DNA from: a virus
Lineage: Duplodnaviria; Heunggongvirae; Uroviricota; Caudoviricetes
Virus record (IMG/VR): IMGVR_UViG_2671180460_000002
Length of the DNA: 36,986 nucleotides
Reading direction: 5' to 3' (one strand)
This document shows, in pieces, positions 15,681 through 24,917 of the stretch (its first letter is position 1; every line of letters starts with the position of its first letter). Both the position numbers and the translations under genes were made by a program. The notes under the pieces were generated by a model. It had not been told where the DNA came from and did no database searches. It saw nothing but the letters and a program-made list of their open reading frames with translations.

Positions 15681-17321
15681 GTGGCAAAACGTAAACTTTC
15701 CATTAAAGAGTTTCAGAGAAGCCTGCAGGAGTACATCGCCAACCTCCGCCAGACCATCGAGGCTGAATGTCTGGGGTTCGATGTTAACCCGCAGGCCACA
15801 CAGGCCCGCCGGGCGGCAGTCTGCGACCCGGTGACGGGCTACGATTATTTTGTCGAAAACTATTTTCCGCACTATGTCCGCAACCCGGCAAAAAGTGAGC
15901 TGCATAAATACCTGTTCAGCCGTCTGCCACAGGTTGTGGCAAGCCCGGCCCCGGAGAACGACGCCATCGCCGCCCCCCGTGGTGAAGCAAAATCCACGCT
16001 GGTGACTCAGCTGTTTACCCTGTGGACCATTATCCGGGCCATTAAACATTACCCGGTCATCATTATGGACAGTATCGACCAGGCTTACCCGATGCTGGAA
16101 GCCATCAAGGCTGAACTGGAATTTAACCCCCGTTTAAAAAACGATTTCCCGGAAGTGTGCGGACAGGGCCGTGTCTGGCGTATGGGGACCATCGTCACGG
16201 TCAACAATATCAAGGTGACCGTTGCCGGTAGTGGTAAAAAACTGCGTGGTCTGCGCCACGGCCCGTACCGTCCTGACCTGGTCATCCTCGACGACATCGA
16301 GAACGACGAGATGGTGCGTAACCCGGAGCAGCGCGACAAGCTGCATGACTGGCTCACCAGAACCGTGATGCCGCTGGGCGAGGCTGGCGGTAAAACCGAT
16401 ATTATTTATATCGGGACTATCCTGCATTACGACTCGGTATTGTCCCGCACCCTGGATAACCCGATGTGGAAAACGGCCCGCTTTAAGGCGGTCATTCAGT
16501 GGCCTGCCAACATGAAGCTGTGGGACGAGTGGGAAGAACTCATCCGCAACAAACAGCCGGAAGCGGCGGAGGCACTTTATCAGCAGAACGAAGCCGACAT
16601 GCTCGCCGGGTCGGTGGTGTCATGGGCGGCGCGCCCACTGCTGGCGCTGATGAAAATCCGTGTCCGTGACGGTCACGACACCTTTGATTCTGAATACCAG
16701 AACGACCCGGTCAGCGGTGAAGATGCGCTGTTTGCGGGCTGCATTAAGTTCTGGGTTAACCGTCTTGATGAATGGGTGTTTTATGGTGCTGTTGACCCCA
16801 GTCTCGGGAAGAAGAATAAAAACCGCGACCCGTCGGCCATTCTCGTGGGGGGCTTTAACCGTTTTACCGGCATTCTGGATGTGGTTGAAGCCGATATCCG
16901 CCGACGTCTGCCAAACAAACTTATCGAAGACGTGATTAAGTATCAGCGGGAATACCACTGTCTGTGCTGGTCGTTTGAGTCCGTCCAGTTTCAGGAGTTT
17001 CTGCGTACCGTGCTGGTTGAGCGTTCGGCGGCGCTGGGCGTGCCGGTTCCGGCGCTGCCGGTCATCCCGCTGGAGGATAAGGCGCTGCGCATTGAGTCCC
17101 TTCAGCCGCATATGGCCAACGGCCTGATTCGTATCAGCCACACACATCAGACGCTGATTGACCAGCTGCGCCACTACCCCAAAGCCGACCACGATGATGG
17201 CCCGGACTGTCTGCACATGCTGTGGACGCTGGCGGTATCGCGCAGCGCAAAATTTCAGATTCACACCCCACGCAGCACCGGGCGTGACCGTGGCGGGCGT
17301 TTTGGTTCAGGAGGATGGTAA
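15681..17321 (+). CDS. terminase large subunit (Mu gp28/E-like)
   Basis: About 546 aa from GTG 15681; Walker-A-like GEAKST; acidic nuclease-like C-terminal region; upstream of portal. Confidence 0.8.
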   Translation: MAKRKLSIKEFQRSLQEYIANLRQTIEAECLGFDVNPQATQARRAAVCDPVTGYDYFVENYFPHYVRNPAKSELHKYLFSRLPQVVASPAPENDAIAAPRGEAKSTLVTQLFTLWTIIRAIKHYPVIIMDSIDQAYPMLEAIKAELEFNPRLKNDFPEVCGQGRVWRMGTIVTVNNIKVTVAGSGKKLRGLRHGPYRPDLVILDDIENDEMVRNPEQRDKLHDWLTRTVMPLGEAGGKTDIIYIGTILHYDSVLSRTLDNPMWKTARFKAVIQWPANMKLWDEWEELIRNKQPEAAEALYQQNEADMLAGSVVSWAARPLLALMKIRVRDGHDTFDSEYQNDPVSGEDALFAGCIKFWVNRLDEWVFYGAVDPSLGKKNKNRDPSAILVGGFNRFTGILDVVEADIRRRLPNKLIEDVIKYQREYHCLCWSFESVQFQEFLRTVLVERSAALGVPVPALPVIPLEDKALRIESLQPHMANGLIRISHTHQTLIDQLRHYPKADHDDGPDCLHMLWTLAVSRSAKFQIHTPRSTGRDRGGRFGSGGW

Positions 17322-17324
17322 TTA

Positions 17325-18920
17325 ATGGCACAGCTTGTTGATATTTACGGACGCCCGCTGAAACGTGAGGCACTCAAAACCACGCAGACGGTCAGAGTGG
17401 CGGAACGGCTGCGCATTTATCCAGACCACCCGTCGCGTGGTCTGAACATCAGAAAACTGCCGCGCATTCTGGAAGCCGCCGAGCGTGGTTATCTTCCTGC
17501 GCAGGCGATGCTGTTTGCGGATATGGAAGAGCGTGACGGGCACCTGTTCGCCGAGATGGAAAAGCGCAAAAAAGCGTTGCTGACGCTGGACTGGTCGGTG
17601 GAGCCGCCCCGCAATGCCTCGAAGGCAGAAAAGGAGCTGGCCGCCGCCGTGGATGAGTGGCTGCACGGCATCCCGGACATGGAGGACATCATCCTCAACG
17701 GGATGAGCAGTGTCGGTTACGGCTTCAGCTGTCAGGAAATCAGCTGGGCGTTCGTGGATAAAACGTGGTTACCGGATGCGGTGACGCTGCGCCCGCATAA
17801 CTGGTTCATAACCCTGCCGGAACACAATGACGAACTCCGGCTGGATGACGGCGGTCGCGGGGAAGATGGTAAGGACGGTTCCGCACTGTGGCCGTTCGGC
17901 TGGCTGGTTCACCGTTACAACGCCCGGTCGGGGCTCCTGGGTTCATCCGGCCTGTTCCGCGTACTGGTCTGGCCGTATCTGTTCAAAAACTTTGCGCTGC
18001 GTGATATGGCGGAATTCCTGGAGATTTACGGCCTTCCGGCGCGTATTGCGTACTATGCACAGGGCACCAGTGACGAAGACCGGGACAACATTCTCGAAGC
18101 CCTGGTCAATCTGGGCCATGAAGCGGTGGCAGCCCTGCCGCAGGGTAACGAGATTGAGTTCAAGGAGGCCGCGTCCGGCGGACCGGAGGCGTTCATGTCG
18201 ATGGTGGAATGGGCAGAGCGCACCACCTCAAAAGCAATTCTGGGCAGTACGCTGACCAGCCAGGCTGACGGTAAAACCTCCACCAACGCGCTGGGTAATG
18301 TGCATAACGAGGTCCGGCACGACATTCTGGCCGCCGATGCGCGCCAGCTGTCCGGCATGTTCAGCAGCCTGATACAGATGATGGCCAGCCTGAACGGCTG
18401 GCAGGATATCCCGCCACGCCGTCTGCCGCGTCTGGTGTTTGATGTGCAGCAGGAAGCCGACATTAAGGGCGTGGCGGAAGCCGTCAGTGTGCTGGTCAAC
18501 AGTGTGGGGATGAAGGATATCCCGGCGTCGTGGGTGCGCAAAAAAACCGGTATCCCCACCCCGAAAGACGGCGAAGAGGTGCTGGTGCCGGTGGCACAGC
18601 GTCTCCCTGTGCAGGCGGGCCACAGCCAGCTGCGTGAGCGGATGAATGTTGCCGCACTCAGTCAGCAGGACAACGGGGAGGACGACCTGGCACAGAACGC
18701 CATCGACCGGGCAGAGCTTCCGGCAGAGGCCATCGCGCAGGGGATGAACGAACTGGTGGCCCCACTGGTGCAGGCCATACAGGAAGGCCGGGATGCAGAC
18801 GAGGCCATGAACATACTGGCGGAAGCCTGGCCGGAACTGCCGGATGAAACACTGCGGCAGTTGCTGACACAGGCATTCTTTGTGGCGGATATCTGGGGGC
18901 GACTGAATGCCGACAGCTGA
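17325..18920 (+). CDS. portal protein (Mu gp29/H-like, DUF935-type)
   Basis: 531 aa immediately after the large terminase; AGGAGG RBS; Mu-like synteny. Confidence 0.8.
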   Translation: MAQLVDIYGRPLKREALKTTQTVRVAERLRIYPDHPSRGLNIRKLPRILEAAERGYLPAQAMLFADMEERDGHLFAEMEKRKKALLTLDWSVEPPRNASKAEKELAAAVDEWLHGIPDMEDIILNGMSSVGYGFSCQEISWAFVDKTWLPDAVTLRPHNWFITLPEHNDELRLDDGGRGEDGKDGSALWPFGWLVHRYNARSGLLGSSGLFRVLVWPYLFKNFALRDMAEFLEIYGLPARIAYYAQGTSDEDRDNILEALVNLGHEAVAALPQGNEIEFKEAASGGPEAFMSMVEWAERTTSKAILGSTLTSQADGKTSTNALGNVHNEVRHDILAADARQLSGMFSSLIQMMASLNGWQDIPPRRLPRLVFDVQQEADIKGVAEAVSVLVNSVGMKDIPASWVRKKTGIPTPKDGEEVLVPVAQRLPVQAGHSQLRERMNVAALSQQDNGEDDLAQNAIDRAELPAEAIAQGMNELVAPLVQAIQEGRDADEAMNILAEAWPELPDETLRQLLTQAFFVADIWGRLNADS

Positions 18921-20073
18921 CGATGTTGACCTGGGGTATGCGTACACCCTGAAGCCGGAAGAAGCGATTAAGTATTTCGAAAGCAAGGGATACGTTATCG
19001 GCTTCCGCTGGCACGATGTGAAGGATATTGCAAACGCCCGGGCGTTCACGGTGGCGGGTGTGCTGAAACTGGATGTGCTGAAGGATATCCGTGATGGCCT
19101 GACGGCGGCACTGGCTGACGGCGGGACGTTCCGGGAGTTTGCTGCACAACTGGAGCCACTGCTGGAATCAAAAGGCTGGCTGGGTAAAAAGCTGATTGTG
19201 GACGAGGACACCGGCGAACTGCACGGCAGACAGCTGACGCCGCGCCGGTTGCGCACGATATTTGATACCAATATTCAGTCGTCCTACAACGCCGGGCGTT
19301 ATCAGCAGCAGATGGCGAACGTGGCCGACCGGCCTTATTTTGAGCGCGTGGCGGTGATGGACCTTCACACCCGCCCGAAACACGCCGCCCTGAACGGTTT
19401 TACCGCCCGGGCGGATGACCCGGTCTGGGAGTATTTCTACGCGCCGGACGGATACGGATGCCGCTGCCGTGTCCGGGCGCGTTCGGCATCGGATGTGGAG
19501 AAATATGGCCTGACGGTGCAGAGCAGCGAGGGACGACTGGTTGAGGTTGAGCAGGAATATGGCCAGCCGGGCCAGACCATCAGAACAATGGGACTGAAGA
19601 TGCCGGACGGCTCCGTGTATACCGCCGACCCGGGCTTCGGATTTAATCCCGGTCGGGTGGCATGGCAGCCGGAACTGGAAAAATATGATTACCGCAGTGC
19701 CCGCCAGTATGTCACCGGCACTCTGACCGGACCGGATTTTGCCCGGGGACTGGCGAACGTCAGCGAACTGGATGCGCGCCAGCGATATCCGCTGGCCATC
19801 CGTTCACCGGAACAGGTCGCCGCCACGGGCGCTGCGCGGCAGACGGTAAACCTTACGGCTGACGTTATGAAGCGCCTCAGTGCAACAGACACGCCCCCGA
19901 CCGCCGCCGACTATGCGCTGATGCAGCAGACCATCGAACGGGCGGAGCATGTCACGCAGGACGGTAACGCGTGGCGGTATGCGTTACAGTCGGGCGACCG
20001 CTGGTCAGTGGCGACGGTGGAGGATGACGTGCTGACAGACTGGGTTATGCAGGACACCCCGGAGGCATCATGA
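18907..20073 (+). CDS. head morphogenesis protein (Mu F-like)
   Basis: 388 aa overlapping the portal 3' end, as for Mu gp30/F. Confidence 0.8.
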   Translation: MPTADDVDLGYAYTLKPEEAIKYFESKGYVIGFRWHDVKDIANARAFTVAGVLKLDVLKDIRDGLTAALADGGTFREFAAQLEPLLESKGWLGKKLIVDEDTGELHGRQLTPRRLRTIFDTNIQSSYNAGRYQQQMANVADRPYFERVAVMDLHTRPKHAALNGFTARADDPVWEYFYAPDGYGCRCRVRARSASDVEKYGLTVQSSEGRLVEVEQEYGQPGQTIRTMGLKMPDGSVYTADPGFGFNPGRVAWQPELEKYDYRSARQYVTGTLTGPDFARGLANVSELDARQRYPLAIRSPEQVAATGAARQTVNLTADVMKRLSATDTPPTAADYALMQQTIERAEHVTQDGNAWRYALQSGDRWSVATVEDDVLTDWVMQDTPEAS

Positions 20074-20621
20074 GCGGCGGTAAACTGGATATTAAGATTG
20101 ATTTAAGCGCGTATAACACCACGCTGGGGAAACTGATTCGTTCCGTGAAGGACCGGCGCGACCTGATGACGGCACTTGCAGGCTCCATGCTGGATGCGGT
20201 TGAGACTAACTTTGAACAACAGGGTCGCCCGAAATGGATGGGCTGGAGTCCGGCTTATGCGAAGCGACGCGGCCCCGGGCAAATCCTCCAGAAGTCCGGG
20301 CGACTGGCTGCCAGTATCCGCTCTGCGGTTAACAATAACGAGGCCACGGTCGGGACAAACGTCCGTTACGCCCGTATCCACAACGAAGGCGGCGAAATCC
20401 GCCATCAGGCACGGACGCAGAACCTGTATTTTAAACAGTACAAAAACGGCAGCGTCAGCACCCGCTTTGTGAAAAAGCGCAACAGTAATTTTGTGCAGAG
20501 CGCAACGGTCGGTGCGTATACGGTCAACATGCCCGCGCGTCCCTTCCTTCAGCTTGTGCAGGACGACATCGACGAGCTGGAGAACACCGCAAACCGCTAT
20601 TTTGCGCGTGTGATTGACTGA
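20070..20621 (+). CDS. virion morphogenesis protein (Mu G-like)
   Basis: 183 aa, GGAGG RBS, start overlaps the F stop; resembles Mu G family. Confidence 0.75.
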   Translation: MSGGKLDIKIDLSAYNTTLGKLIRSVKDRRDLMTALAGSMLDAVETNFEQQGRPKWMGWSPAYAKRRGPGQILQKSGRLAASIRSAVNNNEATVGTNVRYARIHNEGGEIRHQARTQNLYFKQYKNGSVSTRFVKKRNSNFVQSATVGAYTVNMPARPFLQLVQDDIDELENTANRYFARVID

Positions 20622-20774
20622 GTGGCCAGAAGCGCGCTGTAATCATCTGTGACAACATAAACGCCTCACGGATGAGGCATTACAGCACCGCACCCCATAA
20701 ATGCTGTCAGAATCGTTTTTAAAATGGTTTTAAAAACGGTTTTATTTCCCCTTTTATCCTTTCGCGTTATGGCA

Positions 20775-20789
20775 GGGTGCTGAACACCC
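20775..20789 (+). promoter_or_regulatory. late-promoter dyad motif copy 2 (GGGTGCTGAACACCC)
   Basis: Perfect GGGTG-N5-CACCC dyad in the 200-bp gap before the protease/scaffold gene; an AT-rich TTTTAAAA repeat block lies upstream at 20715-20745. Confidence 0.5.
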
Positions 20790-20821
20790 TCCACAGTACC
20801 CCGTGTTCCCCTTCCGTCATC

Positions 20822-21964
20822 ATGACGCGTATGAAGATGAACATTGCGGCGTTAAGCCTCGAAATTACTAAAGCAACCCACAGCGAAATCCAGCTGTTTC
20901 CGGCAGGTGAGTTCAGTGCAGTGGATGGTCGCCCACATACCGATGAAGTCGAAAGCGGTAAATGGGTGCTGACTGCCGGACTGGCCGCGCAGCTTGTCGC
21001 GCAGGTGGCAGCCCGTACCACGCCATTTGTCATTGATTACGAACATCAGACGCTGCGCGCCGTAAACAACGGCAAGCCTGCCCCGGCGGCGGGCTGGTTC
21101 AGCCAGGTGGAATGGCGTGAAGGCGCGGGCCTGTATGCCATCGGTGTGGAGTGGACGGAGAACGCGGCGGCCATGATTGCCGCCGGTGAGTACAAATTTA
21201 TTTCCCCGGTATTTGGATACAACAAGCGCGGTGAAGTCATCGAACTGTTACACGCCGCACTGACCAATACCCCGGCGCTCGACGGTATGGACGCGGTCAT
21301 GCTGGCTGCGGCCAGCCGTCTTGCGAGTCTGTCAACTGAAACGGAGACCACAACGGTGGATGAAGAACTGTTAAACGATTTGCTGTCCAGTTTGCGCTGG
21401 ATGCTTAACCTCCCGGTGACCTCAACGGCGGAAGATATTAAAAGCGAGCTGCAAAAGGTCGTTGACATGATTTCGAACGGTCAGGGAACGGCGGCGGCAT
21501 CCGTCAGCCTGCTGGCCCTGCTGAATCAGAAAGACGAGCAAATCGCCAGCCTGTCAGCAAATGCCTATGACCCGACGAAGCATATCCCTCTGACGGCATA
21601 TGAAGAACTTCAGGGACGTTATGCCGTACTGGTGCAACAGTCCGGCGAAGCCGAAGCCGGGGCACTGATTCAGGCGGCGCTGTCTGACGGGCGACTGCTT
21701 CCGACGCTGGAAGACTGGGCGAAAGATTACGCTCGTCGCGATATCAACGGTTTTAAAACCTGGCTGGATAAAACCACCCCGCTTGCCGCACTCAGCAGCA
21801 CCCAGACCGGCGGCAAACCACCCAAAACGCCGTCACCGGCCCCGGCGCAGATTAAAACTGGCGATGACGTCGATGTCGATATCGCCATTTGTTCCATGAT
21901 GGGCACTGATCCAGAAGATATCGCCCGTTATGCAGGAAACGACTATTACGCAGGAGATGAGTAA
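20822..21964 (+). CDS. head protease/scaffold protein (Mu I-like)
   Basis: Position and size as Mu gp32/I. Start uncertain (ATG at 20822, 20831 or 20837; none has a strong RBS); the track start at 20777 lies inside the promoter motif. Confidence 0.7.
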   Translation: MTRMKMNIAALSLEITKATHSEIQLFPAGEFSAVDGRPHTDEVESGKWVLTAGLAAQLVAQVAARTTPFVIDYEHQTLRAVNNGKPAPAAGWFSQVEWREGAGLYAIGVEWTENAAAMIAAGEYKFISPVFGYNKRGEVIELLHAALTNTPALDGMDAVMLAAASRLASLSTETETTTVDEELLNDLLSSLRWMLNLPVTSTAEDIKSELQKVVDMISNGQGTAAASVSLLALLNQKDEQIASLSANAYDPTKHIPLTAYEELQGRYAVLVQQSGEAEAGALIQAALSDGRLLPTLEDWAKDYARRDINGFKTWLDKTTPLAALSSTQTGGKPPKTPSPAPAQIKTGDDVDVDIAICSMMGTDPEDIARYAGNDYYAGDE

Positions 21965-22360
21965 ATGGATCGCAATACCCCCTACCGTGACGGCGAGCTG
22001 AACCCGGTGCCGGTTGCCGCTGCGACCGAAATTTTTGGCGGCCATATGGTGGCCGTTAACGCATCCGGTTATGCCGTTCCGGCCAGTGCCACGGCCTCAC
22101 AGATTACGCTGGGCGTGTCTGATGGCTGGGTGGATAACAGCACCGGCAGCGATGGCGACGCCACCGTTCTGGTGCGTTGCGGCAAAGCCTTTCTGATGGC
22201 GAACAGCACCTCAGACCCGGTCACGCAATCGCAGGTCGGCAAGGTGTGCTACGTGGAAGACAGCGTGACCGTGGCAAAAACCGACAACAGCAGCGCCCGC
22301 CCTGTCGCCGGGAAAGTAATCGGCATCGGTGACGATGGCGTCTGGGTTCATTTCAGTTAA
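21965..22360 (+). CDS. hypothetical head-region protein
   Basis: 131-aa Gly/Ser/Val-rich ORF between protease/scaffold and major head; AGGAG RBS. Confidence 0.4.
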   Translation: MDRNTPYRDGELNPVPVAAATEIFGGHMVAVNASGYAVPASATASQITLGVSDGWVDNSTGSDGDATVLVRCGKAFLMANSTSDPVTQSQVGKVCYVEDSVTVAKTDNSSARPVAGKVIGIGDDGVWVHFS

Positions 22361-22370
22361 GGAGCAAAAC

Positions 22371-23279
22371 GTGTTAGTCAACGTTAAAAACGTCAAACAG
22401 ATTTTTATCAATCTGAAGGCCACCTTCCAGAAAGCCTTCGACCAGTCGCCAACTGACTGGCAGAAGGTGGCAATGGAAGTGCCATCAAACGGCAAGGAAA
22501 ACGACTACAGCTGGTTAAGTCGTTTCCCGAAAATGCGCGAGTGGATTGGTGACAAGGTCGTTAAATCACTGGCGGCATTTAACTACACCATCCGTAACAA
22601 GGACTGGGAAGCCACGGTTGAAGTCGATCGTAACGACATCGAGGACGACCAGATTATGGGCTATGCCCTTCAGGCAAAAGGAGCCGGACAGTCGGCAGCA
22701 GAGCTACCGGCAGATATTGTGGCGTCCCTTATCAGTAACGGTTTTACCAATCTCTGTTATGACGGTCAGCCGTTCTTTGATACCGACCACCTGGTCGCCG
22801 GTAAATCGGTGTCCAATAAAGGCACCAAAAAACTTAAAGTTGGCTCGCTTGCCGAGGCGAAAGCCTCCTACGGTGCCGCCCGTACATCCATGCGCAGCCT
22901 GAAAGATGACGAAGGCGCATCCCTTAAAATTCGCCCGAATCTGCTGGTTGTGCCACCGGCACTGGAAGATGACGCGAACTACCTGATGACCGCCGAGAAG
23001 TTCCCGGACGGTACGCCGAACCCGTACCGCAATACCGCCGAAGTGCTGGTGATGGCGGAGCTGGCGTCGGATTCTGCGTGGTTCCTGTTTGACACCACCA
23101 AACCGGTGAAACCGCTGATTTATCAGCTGCGTAAAAAGCCTGTTTTTGTGGAGCAGACGGACTACAACAGCGACAACGTGTTCAAGCGTAAGAAGTTCCT
23201 GTTTGGTGCCGAAGCGCGCTGTAACGGTGGTTACGGCTTCTGGCAGATGGCATTTGGTTCTGATGGTACGACGGAGTAA
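22371..23279 (+). CDS. major head subunit (Mu T-like)
   Basis: GTG at 22371 with TAAGGAG 6 nt upstream; about 300 aa; position after protease/scaffold. Confidence 0.75.
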   Translation: MLVNVKNVKQIFINLKATFQKAFDQSPTDWQKVAMEVPSNGKENDYSWLSRFPKMREWIGDKVVKSLAAFNYTIRNKDWEATVEVDRNDIEDDQIMGYALQAKGAGQSAAELPADIVASLISNGFTNLCYDGQPFFDTDHLVAGKSVSNKGTKKLKVGSLAEAKASYGAARTSMRSLKDDEGASLKIRPNLLVVPPALEDDANYLMTAEKFPDGTPNPYRNTAEVLVMAELASDSAWFLFDTTKPVKPLIYQLRKKPVFVEQTDYNSDNVFKRKKFLFGAEARCNGGYGFWQMAFGSDGTTE

Positions 23280-23282
23280 TGC

Positions 23283-23624
23283 ATGGAAAAGGTGATTGAA
23301 ATTACCGCCCGCCGTGAGGGTTTTCGCCGCTGCGGCGTGGCGCACAGTGCAACCACGAAGGCATGGCCTGCGGATGCGTTCACCCCGGAACAGCTGGCGG
23401 TGCTGAAAGCTGACCCCATGCTGATTGTGGTGGAGCGCGATAAAGCGTCCGGCCAGAACGACGCGGCCCAAAGTGATGAACTGGCCGCACAGCTGGATGC
23501 CGAGCGTCAGAAAGTCAGCGAACTGACGGCGCAACTGGAAGAAGAACGCCAGAAAGTCAGTGAACTGACCGCACAGCTGAACGCCGCACAGAAAACACAA
23601 AAAGCGAACAAAAAGGAGAAGTAA
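23283..23624 (+). CDS. hypothetical protein with tandem 14-aa repeats
   Basis: GGAG RBS; contains RQKVSELTAQLEEE and RQKVSELTAQLNAA, encoded by a 42-bp tandem repeat at 23505-23588. Confidence 0.45.
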   Translation: MEKVIEITARREGFRRCGVAHSATTKAWPADAFTPEQLAVLKADPMLIVVERDKASGQNDAAQSDELAAQLDAERQKVSELTAQLEEERQKVSELTAQLNAAQKTQKANKKEK

Positions 23625-23627
23625 CCC

Positions 23628-24059
23628 ATGTCTTACGCCACACCGGAACAGTTCATCAGGGCATTCAGTGAACGCGAGGCACGCACACTGACGGATGAAG
23701 ACATGACGGGATTCATCGACGAAGAAAAGCTGGCCTCCGCGCTTGCACGTGCCAGTGCCCAGATTGATGGCTATCTGGTGGGGCGTTACCGGACCCCGTG
23801 GCCTGACAGCCCGGGGATTCTGGTGGGTTACTGCTGCGATATCGCCCGTTACCACCTGGCGACCGATTACCGTATCTGCTCAGAAGAAATTCAGATGCGC
23901 TACCGGGACGCCATCCGCTTTCTGGAGAAAGTCGCGGCAGGACAAATCAACCTCGGGCGGGATACGTCCGGCAGCGTGATCCAGTCATCGTCACAGGTGC
24001 GTATCCGCTCTGGCTCCCGTCAGTTCGGGCGTGAGTCCACGCGGGGAGGTGCATTCTGA
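23628..24059 (+). CDS. Mu gp36-like protein (DUF1320-type)
   Basis: 143 aa after the major head, AGGAG RBS; synteny with Mu gp36. Confidence 0.5.
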   Translation: MSYATPEQFIRAFSEREARTLTDEDMTGFIDEEKLASALARASAQIDGYLVGRYRTPWPDSPGILVGYCCDIARYHLATDYRICSEEIQMRYRDAIRFLEKVAAGQINLGRDTSGSVIQSSSQVRIRSGSRQFGRESTRGGAF

Positions 24060-24112
24060 TTACTGAAATTGAACGGGCGCTGGTTGAGCGTCTGCGCTGT
24101 GGTCTGGGGCAT

Positions 24113-24694
24113 ATGGTGCAGGATGTCCGCACCTATGCCGGTGAACTGGATGAAGACCCGGGCCGGATTGTTCGCAGCCTTCCGGCAGCCTGGGTGACGT
24201 TCGGCGGCATCGTGAAAACCGAACGCTATTCCACGTCACGCCGGAAATACATTACCACCGGACGCTTTGTGGTTGTGGTGGGTGATTACAACACCCGCAG
24301 CGAACAGAGCGCCAGACAGGGAGGCACCGTCCGGGATGAAGTCGGGACAAACCAGATGGTTGAATCCGTCCGTCGCCTGCTGACCGGTCAGGATTTGGGG
24401 CTGGAGATTGATTATTTCGAACCCGGGCGGGTCAGGATGCTGTTTAACACCGGCGTGGCAGAGCGGGCAATGTCCGTGTTTGCCTGTGAGTTCGATACCC
24501 GCTGGGTGGAGCACGCGCTGGAGAACGGCAAATGGCCGGAGCGTGGCGCAGAAGCGGACCGCCTCTTCAACCGCTACCACGGCAGGCTGTCAGACCCGGA
24601 TCCGGATTTACTGCGAATTGGTACGCAATACGGCGCAGATATCTGTGGTCTGGATGAATTAAGAGAGCAACAGCATGAACAAAATGAAGGTTAA
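24113..24694 (+). CDS. Mu gp37-like protein (DUF1834-type); true start probably upstream at a non-AUG codon
   Basis: First ATG is at 24113, but the frame is open upstream and reads a protein-like ITEIERALVERLRCGLGH from ATT 24059 or CTG 24056, preceded by GGGGAGG at 24043-24049. Confidence 0.5.
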   Translation: MVQDVRTYAGELDEDPGRIVRSLPAAWVTFGGIVKTERYSTSRRKYITTGRFVVVVGDYNTRSEQSARQGGTVRDEVGTNQMVESVRRLLTGQDLGLEIDYFEPGRVRMLFNTGVAERAMSVFACEFDTRWVEHALENGKWPERGAEADRLFNRYHGRLSDPDPDLLRIGTQYGADICGLDELREQQHEQNEG

Positions 24695-24917
24695 GGCGGC
24701 TCCCGGGGTGAAGTTCCCGATGGAGGATAACGCCCGGAAATACATCACCACGGAAGCGGTGACCGTTGAGAACACCGCTTATTACCGGCGCGCCGTTCAG
24801 GACGGTGACCTGATTCTGGTGAAGGATGAGCCTGAAACCACCGTGACGGCTGAACAGGACGCCGTGCAGGTAAAAGCGAAGGCGAAGAGAGAGAAACAGG
24901 TGGATTCCGATGAGTGA
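24675..24917 (+). CDS. hypothetical small protein (Mu gp38-like position)
   Basis: 80-aa ORF directly upstream of the sheath gene. Confidence 0.4.
   Translation: MNKMKVKAAPGVKFPMEDNARKYITTEAVTVENTAYYRRAVQDGDLILVKDEPETTVTAEQDAVQVKAKAKREKQVDSDE

Noticed and set aside
16620-17264. 214-aa ORF on the minus strand
   Set aside because: Antisense to the large terminase; shadow ORF.
18228-19271. 347-aa ORF on the minus strand (and nested 18658..19149)
   Set aside because: Antisense to the portal and F-like genes, which have clear synteny and coupling on the + strand; composition artefact.
23505-23588. Tandem repeats as a possible CRISPR-like or satellite array
   Set aside because: Only two to three units, in frame within a coding sequence, with no spacer-repeat architecture; a coding repeat, not CRISPR.
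22704-23855. 383-aa ORF on the minus strand
   Set aside because: Fully antisense to the major head and downstream + strand genes in a GC-rich region; no RBS or recognisable motifs. Treated as a shadow ORF.
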